From: an uncultured bacterium | Lineage (GTDB): Bacteria > Patescibacteriota > Minisyncoccia > Phycocordibacterales > Phycocordibacteraceae | Assembly: GCA_947085985.1 (NCBI GenBank) | Contig: CAMTYL010000004.1 | Location: 1 to 59,546, forward strand | Direction of reading: 5' to 3' | Length of the DNA stretch: 59,546 bases | In this document: positions 29,249 through 38,316 of the stretch, piece after piece | Position numbering within the stretch: position 1 is the first letter of the stretch | How the letters are laid out: every line of letters starts with the position of its first letter | The notes under the pieces: generated by a model | Seen by the model: the letters and a program-made list of their open reading frames with translations, nothing else | What the model was told of the DNA's origin: nothing | Database searches by the model: none | Translations under genes and position numbers: made by a program

Positions 29249-31039
29249 TTAGATACTCGGTTCTGCTACAGTAGGCGCTTCTGGTAGTGCTTCTGATTCT
29301 GGAATTGGCTTTTCTTCTTCCAGAGGAGCTCCGCCTAGAGCGTTTACTTCGTCAAAAGGAATTAGACCCTGTAACGCTTTGATAATAGCATCCTCTCGCA
29401 GGGTCAGCATGCCCTTGGCACGCGCTGCCGCATAAATCTTATCTTCTGAAGGGCTCGTGAGCACTACGTGCTCAAGCTCTTTGTCCATGCGTAGTATTTC
29501 AAATACGGCGAGGCGTCCTCGCGTACCATTTGGACAGTCGGGGCCTGGTTGGGCTTGGTATACCTGGTCAAACTTCGGTATCTTGTTGCGATACGCGGCT
29601 GGCAAGTCTTCAAACTGTTTATCCAAAATCATGCGCGTACTCTCTGAAACGGGAACAGGAACTCCGGTGCCTGGACACAGTTTTCGGACCAAACGCTGAC
29701 CAATAGCGGCGATGAGTGTTGGTGCAATCAAATACGGATCCACACCCATATCAACCAAACGCGAAATAACTCCAGAAGCGGTATTGGTGTGAATGGTAGA
29801 GAATACAAGGTGACCTGTGAGCGCGGCCTGGATAGCAAGCTGTGCGGTCTCTTTATCGCGAATCTCTCCCACCATGATGACGTTTGGGTCCTGGCGCAAA
29901 ATGGAGCGGAGCCCTGAAGCAAACGTGTAGCCAATCTCTGGCTTTACCTGTGACTGCGCCACTCCTTCAATCTCGTACTCAACCGGGTCCTCAAGCGAGA
30001 CCACGTTCTCCGTTTCCCTATCAATAGAAGAGAGCATACCGAAGAGAGTCGTGGACTTTCCAGAACCGGTTGGTCCTGAAATCAGGATGATGCCGTACGG
30101 CTTGGTCAGGATTTCCTTCACCGTTTGCAGGTCATACTCAGAAAAACCAATAGACTCAAGTGTGGCCATAGACTTAGAACGGTCCAGAATACGCATCACG
30201 ACTTTTTCTCCAGACTGTGTTGGGAATGTAGAAACACGGAAATCAATGCGCCTGTTCTCTACGTTTGCAGAAAAGCGCCCGTCTTGAGGCTTTCGTTTTT
30301 CGTCCAGTCGCAACTGAGAAAGAATCTTAATGCGCGCCACAACTGCCTGATGCACTTTTGCCGGAAGCTCAAGAGACGTGTGTAGCTTACCGTCCATACG
30401 GAAACGCACACGCGTTTTTTCAATGGTTGGCTCAATGTGAATATCGCTAGCTCCACCTTCCACTGCATATCGCAAGATAGTCGCCACAATCTTTGTGACC
30501 GGCGCGTCTGGCTTAATGGTTGCGTCAGCAGTTTCACCCCTCTCTTCCTCAGCGTCGGTCTTTTCTTGTGCAATCGTTCCCTCAAACTCGGAGAGCGCAG
30601 CGCCCACGTCGTCCTTCATGCTCTCGTACTCCGCCATTACGCGAGCGAAGTCGTTGTTGCTTATGATAAAAAGCTTGTACGGTAAACCAACTCTTCCCGA
30701 TATAAACTGCAAAGCGTCCAGAGCTTCAATGTTGTCTGGGTCTACAATACCGACTTCTAGCGCGCCGTCCTTCTGGGCGATAGGAACAAAACGATAGTGC
30801 TTCGCTGATTCCTCTGGAATAAACTCCAGTATTTCTCTACCAATCGGTTCAATAGGAAGCTGTCGCGGCGGGATGTTGTAGTGTGCCGAAAGTGCCTCCA
30901 GCACCTTTTGGCTTTCTATCCCCTTCTTATCCAGGACTGCCTCTACTGAGAGACCCCCCTTACGCACTTCCTCCTCTACAGAAGCAATGTCTGCTTCCTG
31001 AATAAGACCTTTCTCCGCAAGTATGGAGAGTACGTTCAT
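29249..31039 (-). CDS. pilB: type IV pilus assembly ATPase (GspE/PilB family)
   Basis: 596 aa. N-terminal T2SSE_N domain, Walker A GPTGSGKSTT, Walker B IMVGEIRD, His box STIHTN. Confidence 0.9.
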   Translation of the reverse strand: MNVLSILAEKGLIQEADIASVEEEVRKGGLSVEAVLDKKGIESQKVLEALSAHYNIPPRQLPIEPIGREILEFIPEESAKHYRFVPIAQKDGALEVGIVDPDNIEALDALQFISGRVGLPYKLFIISNNDFARVMAEYESMKDDVGAALSEFEGTIAQEKTDAEEERGETADATIKPDAPVTKIVATILRYAVEGGASDIHIEPTIEKTRVRFRMDGKLHTSLELPAKVHQAVVARIKILSQLRLDEKRKPQDGRFSANVENRRIDFRVSTFPTQSGEKVVMRILDRSKSMATLESIGFSEYDLQTVKEILTKPYGIILISGPTGSGKSTTLFGMLSSIDRETENVVSLEDPVEYEIEGVAQSQVKPEIGYTFASGLRSILRQDPNVIMVGEIRDKETAQLAIQAALTGHLVFSTIHTNTASGVISRLVDMGVDPYLIAPTLIAAIGQRLVRKLCPGTGVPVPVSESTRMILDKQFEDLPAAYRNKIPKFDQVYQAQPGPDCPNGTRGRLAVFEILRMDKELEHVVLTSPSEDKIYAAARAKGMLTLREDAIIKALQGLIPFDEVNALGGAPLEEEKPIPESEALPEAPTVAEPSI

Positions 31040-31047
31040 GGCCAGTA

Positions 31048-31356
31048 TTACGGTGTAGAAACAACGCCCGCAAGAGGAGCGAATGGATCGCGACGACCTT
31101 TTCCTTCTTCAACAACACTGGTACGGATGTCTCGTAGAGAAGTGAAACGCGGATCACTGAAAATGGCTGGATCAAAACTGACGGACTCAAGCTCACTTGA
31201 GAATCCTAGAAATGTAGCCTCGGTAGAGCTGGAAGGAACCTCTCCTTCGGTCACCACAGCAGTATTTCCTCCGTCCTTTGTCATGTAGTAGGCAGCCGCG
31301 CCTACTATGACGATGAGCAGAGCTACGTACGAGAGATTTTTTTTGAGAAATTTCAT
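31048..31356 (-). CDS. small membrane-anchored pilus-cluster protein
   Basis: 102 aa with a single N-terminal TM helix, positioned where PilP-like proteins sit; no motif support. Confidence 0.4.
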   Translation of the reverse strand: MKFLKKNLSYVALLIVIVGAAAYYMTKDGGNTAVVTEGEVPSSSTEATFLGFSSELESVSFDPAIFSDPRFTSLRDIRTSVVEEGKGRRDPFAPLAGVVSTP

Positions 31357-31367
31357 AGTGGTAGCGA

Positions 31368-31949
31368 TTATGGGAGCCAGTAGAGACGGAACGTCATTTG
31401 ATACCTGTAGATTCCCGTTGGCGTATCTAGAAGTTGGAGCGAGGTGAGATCTAGTGGGCGCAAACTTGATTCAACACCATCTAGAAACGAACGCATCTGT
31501 GCATACGAGCCTGAAGCGGTAATAGAGAGGTCTAGCGACTCGTAGGGTTTGCTGGGATCAAGCAACACTAGCCTGCCGGTGGGCTCCGCATCAGTCTCTA
31601 CGGAGTCACCAGTAACACTCGTCACCGACTCGGTGGTGTTGAAGTTGGTAATGGTAAGACCAGAACGAGAAGCAAGACCATCCAGGTCCAGGATGAGCTG
31701 TACATTATCAACGTTGTCAGGAAGATACTGTTCAAGTCTATCAACGCCGTCCTCGGGCAATGCTTGCTGCTCCGTCGCGAGCTGTGCTTGCTTTTGTTCG
31801 TAGCGCGCAGCAGCCTTCAAAGCAGCGTCGTACTTCTTTATTTCGACAGTCGCCGCGGCAATGTCTCCGGTAACCGTTGGATGCACATAACCTGCAATGA
31901 TGCCGCCAGCTATAAGGAGGAACAGAATTGGAAGGGCTTTACTCATCAT
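31368..31949 (-). CDS. pilO: PilO-like pilus assembly protein
   Basis: N-terminal TM helix, coiled-coil, then a ferredoxin-like C-terminal domain; position after pilN. Confidence 0.6.
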   Translation of the reverse strand: MMSKALPILFLLIAGGIIAGYVHPTVTGDIAAATVEIKKYDAALKAAARYEQKQAQLATEQQALPEDGVDRLEQYLPDNVDNVQLILDLDGLASRSGLTITNFNTTESVTSVTGDSVETDAEPTGRLVLLDPSKPYESLDLSITASGSYAQMRSFLDGVESSLRPLDLTSLQLLDTPTGIYRYQMTFRLYWLP

Positions 31950-32641
31950 GGTGTTGTGGTGGCTGTACTCGTAGTGGGTGCAGTGGTCGTGGCTATGACT
32001 GCATCAAACGGCGCAGTGGTTGTAGCGATGTTTGCTGGGGGTGGCGCGGCGGCAACCTTCGCCTCTGCAGCAGTAATAATAAGCTTAGGACTCAGGTCAG
32101 CACTTAGTGCAAATTTCACCAGCCCGTTCTTGTCTACGGTGATACCAGAGAATATTGCCCTTCTAATTTGCTTCTCAGCTGCGAACGCGGAAGATTGGGC
32201 AGCAAGTGCATTGAACGATCTGGCTACACCTTGCATTTCAATAGAGGCAGAGCGGTCGTCTTTGACGGTAAGCTGTAGCGTTTGAAAGCGTACATTTTGG
32301 AGTGTTAACGACTCCAGGGTTGTAAAGAATTGAGAGGGAGCAACATGACGGTTCAATATTAAATTCGCAACCTTTATACGATTTCGGAGTCGGATGTAAT
32401 CCTCAACAGCAACGGGGTTTATATTCTTCTCTGCTGACTCAAGGCGGAGTTGTCGCGCCTTTGTTACGGTGTCTAGATATGTTTTATAGCCAAAGGTTCC
32501 GCCCGCACCCACTACCGCCGCTACCAGTATAAAAAAACTTACGTAGTACAACACCCCCTTAGCCGAGCGTGGTCGTCTGCTCTGAGAAGGCAGCGATTGT
32601 TTTGGAACAAACGAAGTTGGGAGAGTTGGAGGAAGAGCCAC
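31946..32641 (-). CDS. pilN: PilN-like pilus assembly protein
   Basis: Short cytoplasmic N-terminus, TM helix, coiled-coil; follows pilM; Thr/Ala-rich tail. Confidence 0.55.
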   Translation of the reverse strand: MALPPTLPTSFVPKQSLPSQSRRPRSAKGVLYYVSFFILVAAVVGAGGTFGYKTYLDTVTKARQLRLESAEKNINPVAVEDYIRLRNRIKVANLILNRHVAPSQFFTTLESLTLQNVRFQTLQLTVKDDRSASIEMQGVARSFNALAAQSSAFAAEKQIRRAIFSGITVDKNGLVKFALSADLSPKLIITAAEAKVAAAPPPANIATTTAPFDAVIATTTAPTTSTATTTP

Positions 32642-32712
32642 AATATAAGTATATAAGGTATCGGCACGCTAGGCCACGCTTCTTATGCACACATTGGGAA
32701 GATGCTCAGAAA

Positions 32713-33813
32713 TTACCCCGCTTCCTCAAGCTTGCGCAACGCAAGTCCAACCGCGACGGCGAATTCTGGACCGACTGCTTCAAGTACGGGACGCATGAAC
32801 GCGGGCGCTTCTGTTTTCGCAAATGGGTTGGCAACAATAACATCCACTGAGAAGAACGTTTTTGCGTATGCCGCCAACTCCTTGGTAACTCCTCCCCCAC
32901 CAGTAAGCACGAGACTGGATATTTTCTTTTGTTCGGTGTGCTCGTACTGTGAAATTGCCCTACGGGCCTCGTCAAAAATGCGAGAGAATACAAGCTCAAT
33001 GGTCTTCTTGTCGTACCCCTTGTCTGTCGTCTCTCCAAATCCGTGTTCCTTCTTCAACGCTTCCGCTTTTCCGATAGTAATACTGTGCGCAGTGGCAATG
33101 GTGCGCGTGACATCCTGTCCACCCTCGGGGATATTGTGAGAAAAGGCCACTACGCCATGCTCCACCACATACACCTTGGTGGCAGAAGCACCAATATCAA
33201 GCACGAGCACTGGCTTTACGGGTTCATTCACCACAGCACGAATGGTGCTGAATATTTCTATTTCATAAAATGAGGCCACGACGTTTGCGCCGCGCACCAC
33301 ACCATCTAGAAGCGCGAGCTCGTCGTTATGTACGGCAACCAACAATACCGACACCGTCTTAGGGGCAGTGGACACCGCGCCTTCTGGCGCTTCAATAGGA
33401 GGAACAACGAACCAGTCTAGCTGTACCTCGGAGACGGGCACCGGAATGTACTTACGGGCCTCAAGCTCAATGATGGTCTTTTGCTCTGCCGGGTCCTCGC
33501 GATACGGAAGTGTCACCAACTTCAACAGCGAGCGAGAAAAAGGAATGGAGACACCCGCATCCACCGTGGTCACATTTGCTTCGCGAAGCAGGTCCCGAAG
33601 TGTCTCAGCAATTTTTGCAGCAGGCATGTTGGTTGCTTGACCGACTTCCCCGCCAGCATATGGGCCGAGAGCTAATTCTCCGTACGTTTCAAGCACCACA
33701 ACACCACGCTCGCGGCGCAGCTGTACCACCTTGAGCGAAGAGGAGCCGATGTCAACTCCTATAACGCTCGCGCTTTTCTTCTGATTACCGAGAAGGCGCG
33801 AAAAGAAGCTCAT
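32713..33813 (-). CDS. pilM: type IV pilus assembly protein PilM (actin-like ATPase fold)
   Basis: 366 aa. VIGVDIGSSSLKVV phosphate-1 motif, LDIGASATK, LTGGG motifs. Confidence 0.85.
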   Translation of the reverse strand: MSFFSRLLGNQKKSASVIGVDIGSSSLKVVQLRRERGVVVLETYGELALGPYAGGEVGQATNMPAAKIAETLRDLLREANVTTVDAGVSIPFSRSLLKLVTLPYREDPAEQKTIIELEARKYIPVPVSEVQLDWFVVPPIEAPEGAVSTAPKTVSVLLVAVHNDELALLDGVVRGANVVASFYEIEIFSTIRAVVNEPVKPVLVLDIGASATKVYVVEHGVVAFSHNIPEGGQDVTRTIATAHSITIGKAEALKKEHGFGETTDKGYDKKTIELVFSRIFDEARRAISQYEHTEQKKISSLVLTGGGGVTKELAAYAKTFFSVDVIVANPFAKTEAPAFMRPVLEAVGPEFAVAVGLALRKLEEAG

Positions 33814-33820
33814 ATACTAA

Positions 33821-34471
33821 TTGTATCATGTGGGCATGCTTTTTCTGCTCAAGCTTTTAGATGTACTACTCCCTCCACGCACTACTCGTGCACTCGTGGA
33901 GGGTGCGACACTTGAAACACTCGGTACATACGTGTCGCCCGCCTCGCACAGACTTGCTACCACTACCATCACCTCTCTTCTGCCCTACCGAGTACCCCTG
34001 GTCCGTGCACTTGTTAAAGAAGCGAAGTATCACCACGACATAAAAGCGATTGCTCTACTTGGTGCTGTGCTTGCTGATTATCTTCTAACATACGCAGAAG
34101 ATAGACAGTTTGATACCAGCTCAATTGTTATTGTTCCTGTTCCACTAGGCAGTGCTCGCCTACGAGAGCGCGGACACAACCAAGTAGAGAGTATTGCGCG
34201 AGCAGCGCTGCAACACCTGCCCGAGCGCTTCAGTATTGAAACGAAACTGATTACACGAATAAAGGAAACTGCTCCGCAAGCAAGACTTTCTCGTAGCAAC
34301 AGGCTTACCAATATGACTCAGGCTTTTGCAGTAACAGGCGACGTGCCCACAAAAAGCACCGTCATTTTCCTGGACGACGTTGCGACTACTGGCTCAACGC
34401 TAGCGGCCATGGAAGCGGCGATTGGCGCTCACGACTTCAGTGATATTCACACGCTATCAATTGCTCATTAG
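33821..34471 (+). CDS. comF: ComF family phosphoribosyltransferase-domain protein
   Basis: PRTase motif VIFLDDVATTGSTL at the C-terminus and ComFC-like length; divergent from pilM. Confidence 0.75.
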   Translation: MYHVGMLFLLKLLDVLLPPRTTRALVEGATLETLGTYVSPASHRLATTTITSLLPYRVPLVRALVKEAKYHHDIKAIALLGAVLADYLLTYAEDRQFDTSSIVIVPVPLGSARLRERGHNQVESIARAALQHLPERFSIETKLITRIKETAPQARLSRSNRLTNMTQAFAVTGDVPTKSTVIFLDDVATTGSTLAAMEAAIGAHDFSDIHTLSIAH

Positions 34472-34558
34472 CGGAGACGGAGGGATTCGAACCCTCGGAG
34501 CCTTTTACAGCTCGCCTCGTTAGCAGTGAGGTACTTTCGACCACTCAGCCACGTCTCC
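34472..34558 (-). tRNA. tRNA-Ser (anticodon GCU)
   Basis: Reverse complement: acceptor GGAGACG/CGTCTCC, anticodon loop CTGCTAA, long variable arm, T arm GAGGG-TTCGAAT-CCCTC; 87 nt. Confidence 0.9.
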
Positions 34559-34650
34559 TACGTGTTCTAAGGTACCATAAATAGGAGCATTTCGGCCAGG
34601 AAAGCTGATAATTGTTGGTGATTGGGCCTATTCCTGCTATACAAGTACAA

Positions 34651-35517
34651 ATGAAGCGTCACGTGAAAATTGCACTTTTTGTCGTTATTGGTGGCTTTGC
34701 GGCCATCGGCCTTTTGTTTAGTTTTGTATTTGTGGGCATGCAGTTTGGACTGTTCAATGTGCGCGGGTCAAACGACGTACGCAATGCGTCATTCCTGCAC
34801 CTTGCCTCCCCTGAGCTTGTAAAGAAAGTGGAAGTTGATAGAACCCCGTGCGAGGACACCACCCTCACAGTGTGTGAGTGGCGTACCACACCACAGTGGG
34901 AAGTGGTGAAGCAGGGACTTTTGAAGGACCAGGCGCTTATCGCGCGCGTCGCGTCTGAGACAGGAGTATCTCCACGACTCATTGCCGCCGTAGTGATTCC
35001 AGAGCAAATCCGATTCTTTACAGCGAACCGCGAAGTTTTCAAGCGCTACTTTGAGCCACTTAAAATATTAGGCTCGCTTTCACAATTCTCTCTGGGTGTG
35101 TCTGGCATTAAACAAGAAACCGCGGTACGTATAGAACAGTATGCAAATGACCCGACGTCGCCTTTCTACCCAGGTGACGGCATTGCGGCCCTGATTGCCT
35201 ACAACACCCCTAGCGACCGCAGTGCGCAGCTGTACGCGCGCCTTACCAACGACAAAGACCACTACTATTCGTACCTCTACACCGCTATCTACATAAAGGA
35301 GATACAGTCGCAATGGATTCGTGCAGGATACGACCTCACCAATAAGCCTGGTGCGGTAGTGACGTTGTTTAACTTGGGGTTTGATAAATCAAATCCTAAC
35401 GCTAGCCCCCAGACTGCAGGCGCTCCCATTGCGGTTGGAGGCATGACGTACACATTTGGTGAACTTGGCGAGAAGTTCTTCCTGTCAGACGAGATACTTG
35501 CTGAGTTCCCAAGGTAG
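34651..35517 (+). CDS. membrane-anchored hypothetical protein
   Basis: Start set to MKRHVKIALFVVIGG (TM helix); soluble domain without recognisable motif. Confidence 0.45.
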   Translation: MKRHVKIALFVVIGGFAAIGLLFSFVFVGMQFGLFNVRGSNDVRNASFLHLASPELVKKVEVDRTPCEDTTLTVCEWRTTPQWEVVKQGLLKDQALIARVASETGVSPRLIAAVVIPEQIRFFTANREVFKRYFEPLKILGSLSQFSLGVSGIKQETAVRIEQYANDPTSPFYPGDGIAALIAYNTPSDRSAQLYARLTNDKDHYYSYLYTAIYIKEIQSQWIRAGYDLTNKPGAVVTLFNLGFDKSNPNASPQTAGAPIAVGGMTYTFGELGEKFFLSDEILAEFPR

Positions 35518-35595
35518 CATTCGCGCCTGGCCCAACCCCCAGGTAGAATGGGGGTATACGTGCCCTGGCACATAGTTATTCATCACTATTTCGCT

Positions 35596-36108
35596 ATGAC
35601 AAAAATTGGCTGGATTGTTGCTGTTATTCTCGCGCTCTTAGTTGCAGGAGCTGGTGCCGCAGCCTACTTCACTATGAATAACCAAGCAGCACCCGTTGCT
35701 GAAACTCCTACGGAAGAGTCGGTTGAAGAGAACACTGCGCCTTCGCAAGACGCCACTGCTTCCGTTGAAGTAACTGCAGGCGCTCAAACTACCACCACCG
35801 TCACCTACACTGACGCAGGATTCAGTCCTGCCAAAGTCTTTATACAGAACGGAAACGCGGTGCAATTTGTAAACAACTCCACTCGTACTATGTGGGTGGG
35901 AGTTGACGATCACCCAGGTCACACGAAGTATGACGGCACCTCTACCAAGGAACACTGTGCCTCTGGGAAGAACCTAAACGGTTCGTTTGACCAGTGTGTT
36001 GCCTCTGCGCCTGGCACTACCTACACGTTCACCTTCACGAAGTCAGGGACCTTCGGCTATCACAATCACACCGCGTCAAAAGACGTGGGCAGTGTCGTTG
36101 TTGAGTAA
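35596..36108 (+). CDS. membrane-anchored cupredoxin-like domain protein (putative)
   Basis: Start set to MTKIGWIVAV (TM helix). The C-terminal beta domain resembles cupredoxin-fold proteins (FSPAKVFIQNGNAVQFVNNS ... GTFGYHNH). Weak. Confidence 0.4.
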   Translation: MTKIGWIVAVILALLVAGAGAAAYFTMNNQAAPVAETPTEESVEENTAPSQDATASVEVTAGAQTTTTVTYTDAGFSPAKVFIQNGNAVQFVNNSTRTMWVGVDDHPGHTKYDGTSTKEHCASGKNLNGSFDQCVASAPGTTYTFTFTKSGTFGYHNHTASKDVGSVVVE

Positions 36109-36551
36109 TGGCCACACAACTTGATCAGTGTGCTGGGGGTATTGTGCTTGGGGACGCAGGAGCCGTTGCGCTCGTGTGGAGTAAGAATAGCCAGACCTGG
36201 CTTTTCCCAAAAGGGAAAATAGAGCCGGGTGAAGATGACGAAGCGGCAGCGCGACGCGAGGTTGCCGAGGAAACAGGACTTACGACTCTTGAGTATCTAG
36301 ATGATTTGGGCGGATTTATACGAAAGGGACAAGACGGACGTACTGACAAACACATTCGTATGTTTCTGTTTTCCACTACACCGGGTGCAGCGCTTCTTCC
36401 CACTAAAGAGATAGAAAAGGCGGAGTGGTTCCCCCTCTCTCGCATAGCAGAAGTGCTCGGAAACGGCGAGCATGTTGATAGGTTTGCTGCAGATAAAGCG
36501 TGGTTTGCGTCTGTGTTCCCTCGCATTCGACAAGCGGTGCAGCGCGATTAG
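36108..36551 (+). CDS. NUDIX hydrolase
   Basis: Nudix box GKIEPGEDDEAAARREVAEETGL. Confidence 0.85.
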   Translation: MATQLDQCAGGIVLGDAGAVALVWSKNSQTWLFPKGKIEPGEDDEAAARREVAEETGLTTLEYLDDLGGFIRKGQDGRTDKHIRMFLFSTTPGAALLPTKEIEKAEWFPLSRIAEVLGNGEHVDRFAADKAWFASVFPRIRQAVQRD

Positions 36552-36581
36552 AAAAACGGCCCCACTTCGGGGCCGTTTTTC
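36551..36581. terminator. bidirectional terminator
   Basis: gaaaaacggcccc-acttc-ggggccgtttttc between convergent genes. Confidence 0.7.
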
Positions 36582-37000
36582 TACATCGTCATGAACACGT
36601 AGACCCCAAACGGAACCACCCAACTCATTAGGTCTACCACGCTGTGCATCTTCATTTGCCCATGGGTTTGCGGCTGCAAGAAAAACTCTTGCGCAATAAG
36701 CGCTAAGGACGCTAGTATCAACAGCACGTAAAGTGCAACATCGGTTCCAAACAAGTGCTTGGAGACAAACGTAGCAACCGTAATAAACAGAACGGCCCCA
36801 ACAACGTGGCACACACCACGATACGTAATAAGCCACGCGCCATAGCGGCCGTATCCTCGCTCTTCCTGTATGCGCGCAAGCACGGCATCATACGCACGTC
36901 TAAAGCGAACGCGTTGCCCTTCTACTTCAACCGCAAAGGGATAGATGCGGTCAGGAATAGTGACGAGAAAGTTATAAAACGTGAATACCTTGGTGCGCAT
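36581..37000 (-). CDS. small membrane protein, unknown function
   Basis: 139 aa, three hydrophobic helices in the C-terminal half. Confidence 0.4.
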   Translation of the reverse strand: MRTKVFTFYNFLVTIPDRIYPFAVEVEGQRVRFRRAYDAVLARIQEERGYGRYGAWLITYRGVCHVVGAVLFITVATFVSKHLFGTDVALYVLLILASLALIAQEFFLQPQTHGQMKMHSVVDLMSWVVPFGVYVFMTM

Positions 37001-37028
37001 AGGCTTGGTACTCGTAAGTATACGATAC

Positions 37029-38165
37029 CTAGCGAACGCTTCTGGCTACCGCGGGGACGACGCGTTTATCTAGCACGTCGGGGATAATCTTTGCGGCAGT
37101 TGGCTTCTCCACGAGTGCTGCGAGCGCTTTGGCTGCGCGGACCTTAGTCTCCTGCGTAATTTCAGTCACTCCCTTATCAAGAGCACCACGGAATATGCCC
37201 GGGAACACTAGCGCGTTGTTTATCTGGTTTGGGAAGTCGGAGCGCCCGGTCGCAACAACCATTGCCCCTCCCTTCTTCGCTTCTTCGGGCAGAATTTCTG
37301 GCGTGGGATTAGAGAGTGCGAAGACAATGGCGCGCTCTGCCATGGTTGCCACCATGCTACTCGTCATCGTGCCTGGCCCCGACACTCCAATGAACGCGTC
37401 GCTCCCCACGATCACGTCGACTAACGTTCCCGAGACATTGCGCGGGTTCGTGAGTCTAACTAACTCCTTTTTAGAATCGTTTAGATCCTTTCTATCCTTA
37501 GACAGCGCACCCTTGGTGTCTACCAGTACTATGTCCGTGATACCCGCCGCAGACATAAGTTTTGCAGTGGCAACACCAGCAGCTCCGGCGCCCGCAATCA
37601 CCACGCGCAGCGTGCCAAACTTTTTCTTTACCACTTTTGCCGCGTTCGCAAGTCCGGCAAGTACCACAATCGCGGTGCCATGCTGGTCGTCATGCATCAC
37701 TGGAATAGAGAGTGCCTTGATGAGGCGCTCTTCAATATCAAAACACTGCGGCGCTTTTATATCCTCCAAGTTAATTCCTCCAAACGACGGAGCTATGGCT
37801 TCCACGGTGCGTACTATTTCGTCTGGGTCCTGCGTGTTGAGTACAATGGGCCACGCATCAATGCCGGCAAACTCTTTAAAAATGAGCGCCTTTCCTTCCA
37901 TTACCGGGAGCGCACCATAGGGACCAATATTCCCAAGACCAAGCACCGCAGAGCCGTCAGAAATAACCGCGACACTGTTTCGCTTTACCGACATGAGTCG
38001 TGCATCTTCTGGGTGCTTAGCCAAGTGGCGGCTTGCAACTCCCACGCCTGGCGTGTAGTAAAGCGCGATGTCTTCTTTTGTCTTAAGTCGAACACGACTC
38101 TTTGTTTCAATGCGCGCACCTGCGTCCTTAAATGCTTTGAGAATCTTCTTTTCCTTTGGGGTCAT
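37029..38165 (-). CDS. NAD(P)-dependent malic enzyme (short form)
   Basis: 378 aa. YTPGVG, SDGSAVLGLGNIGPYGALPVMEGKALIFKEFAGIDA, GAGAAGVA Rossmann motif. Confidence 0.9.
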   Translation of the reverse strand: MTPKEKKILKAFKDAGARIETKSRVRLKTKEDIALYYTPGVGVASRHLAKHPEDARLMSVKRNSVAVISDGSAVLGLGNIGPYGALPVMEGKALIFKEFAGIDAWPIVLNTQDPDEIVRTVEAIAPSFGGINLEDIKAPQCFDIEERLIKALSIPVMHDDQHGTAIVVLAGLANAAKVVKKKFGTLRVVIAGAGAAGVATAKLMSAAGITDIVLVDTKGALSKDRKDLNDSKKELVRLTNPRNVSGTLVDVIVGSDAFIGVSGPGTMTSSMVATMAERAIVFALSNPTPEILPEEAKKGGAMVVATGRSDFPNQINNALVFPGIFRGALDKGVTEITQETKVRAAKALAALVEKPTAAKIIPDVLDKRVVPAVARSVR

Positions 38166-38316
38166 TGCTTTCAGTATAGAGAGAAATAGGGTCGCGTCTA
38201 CGGGGATAGTAGAGGCTCTGCCTGGGCGCCTGTGTGCGCCGTAAACAGTAGATGTGTCTTTTTCTGCCTGCTGTTTTTTCTCCCGCGAGAATTTCTATAA
38301 ACGGTATACTGGGCAG

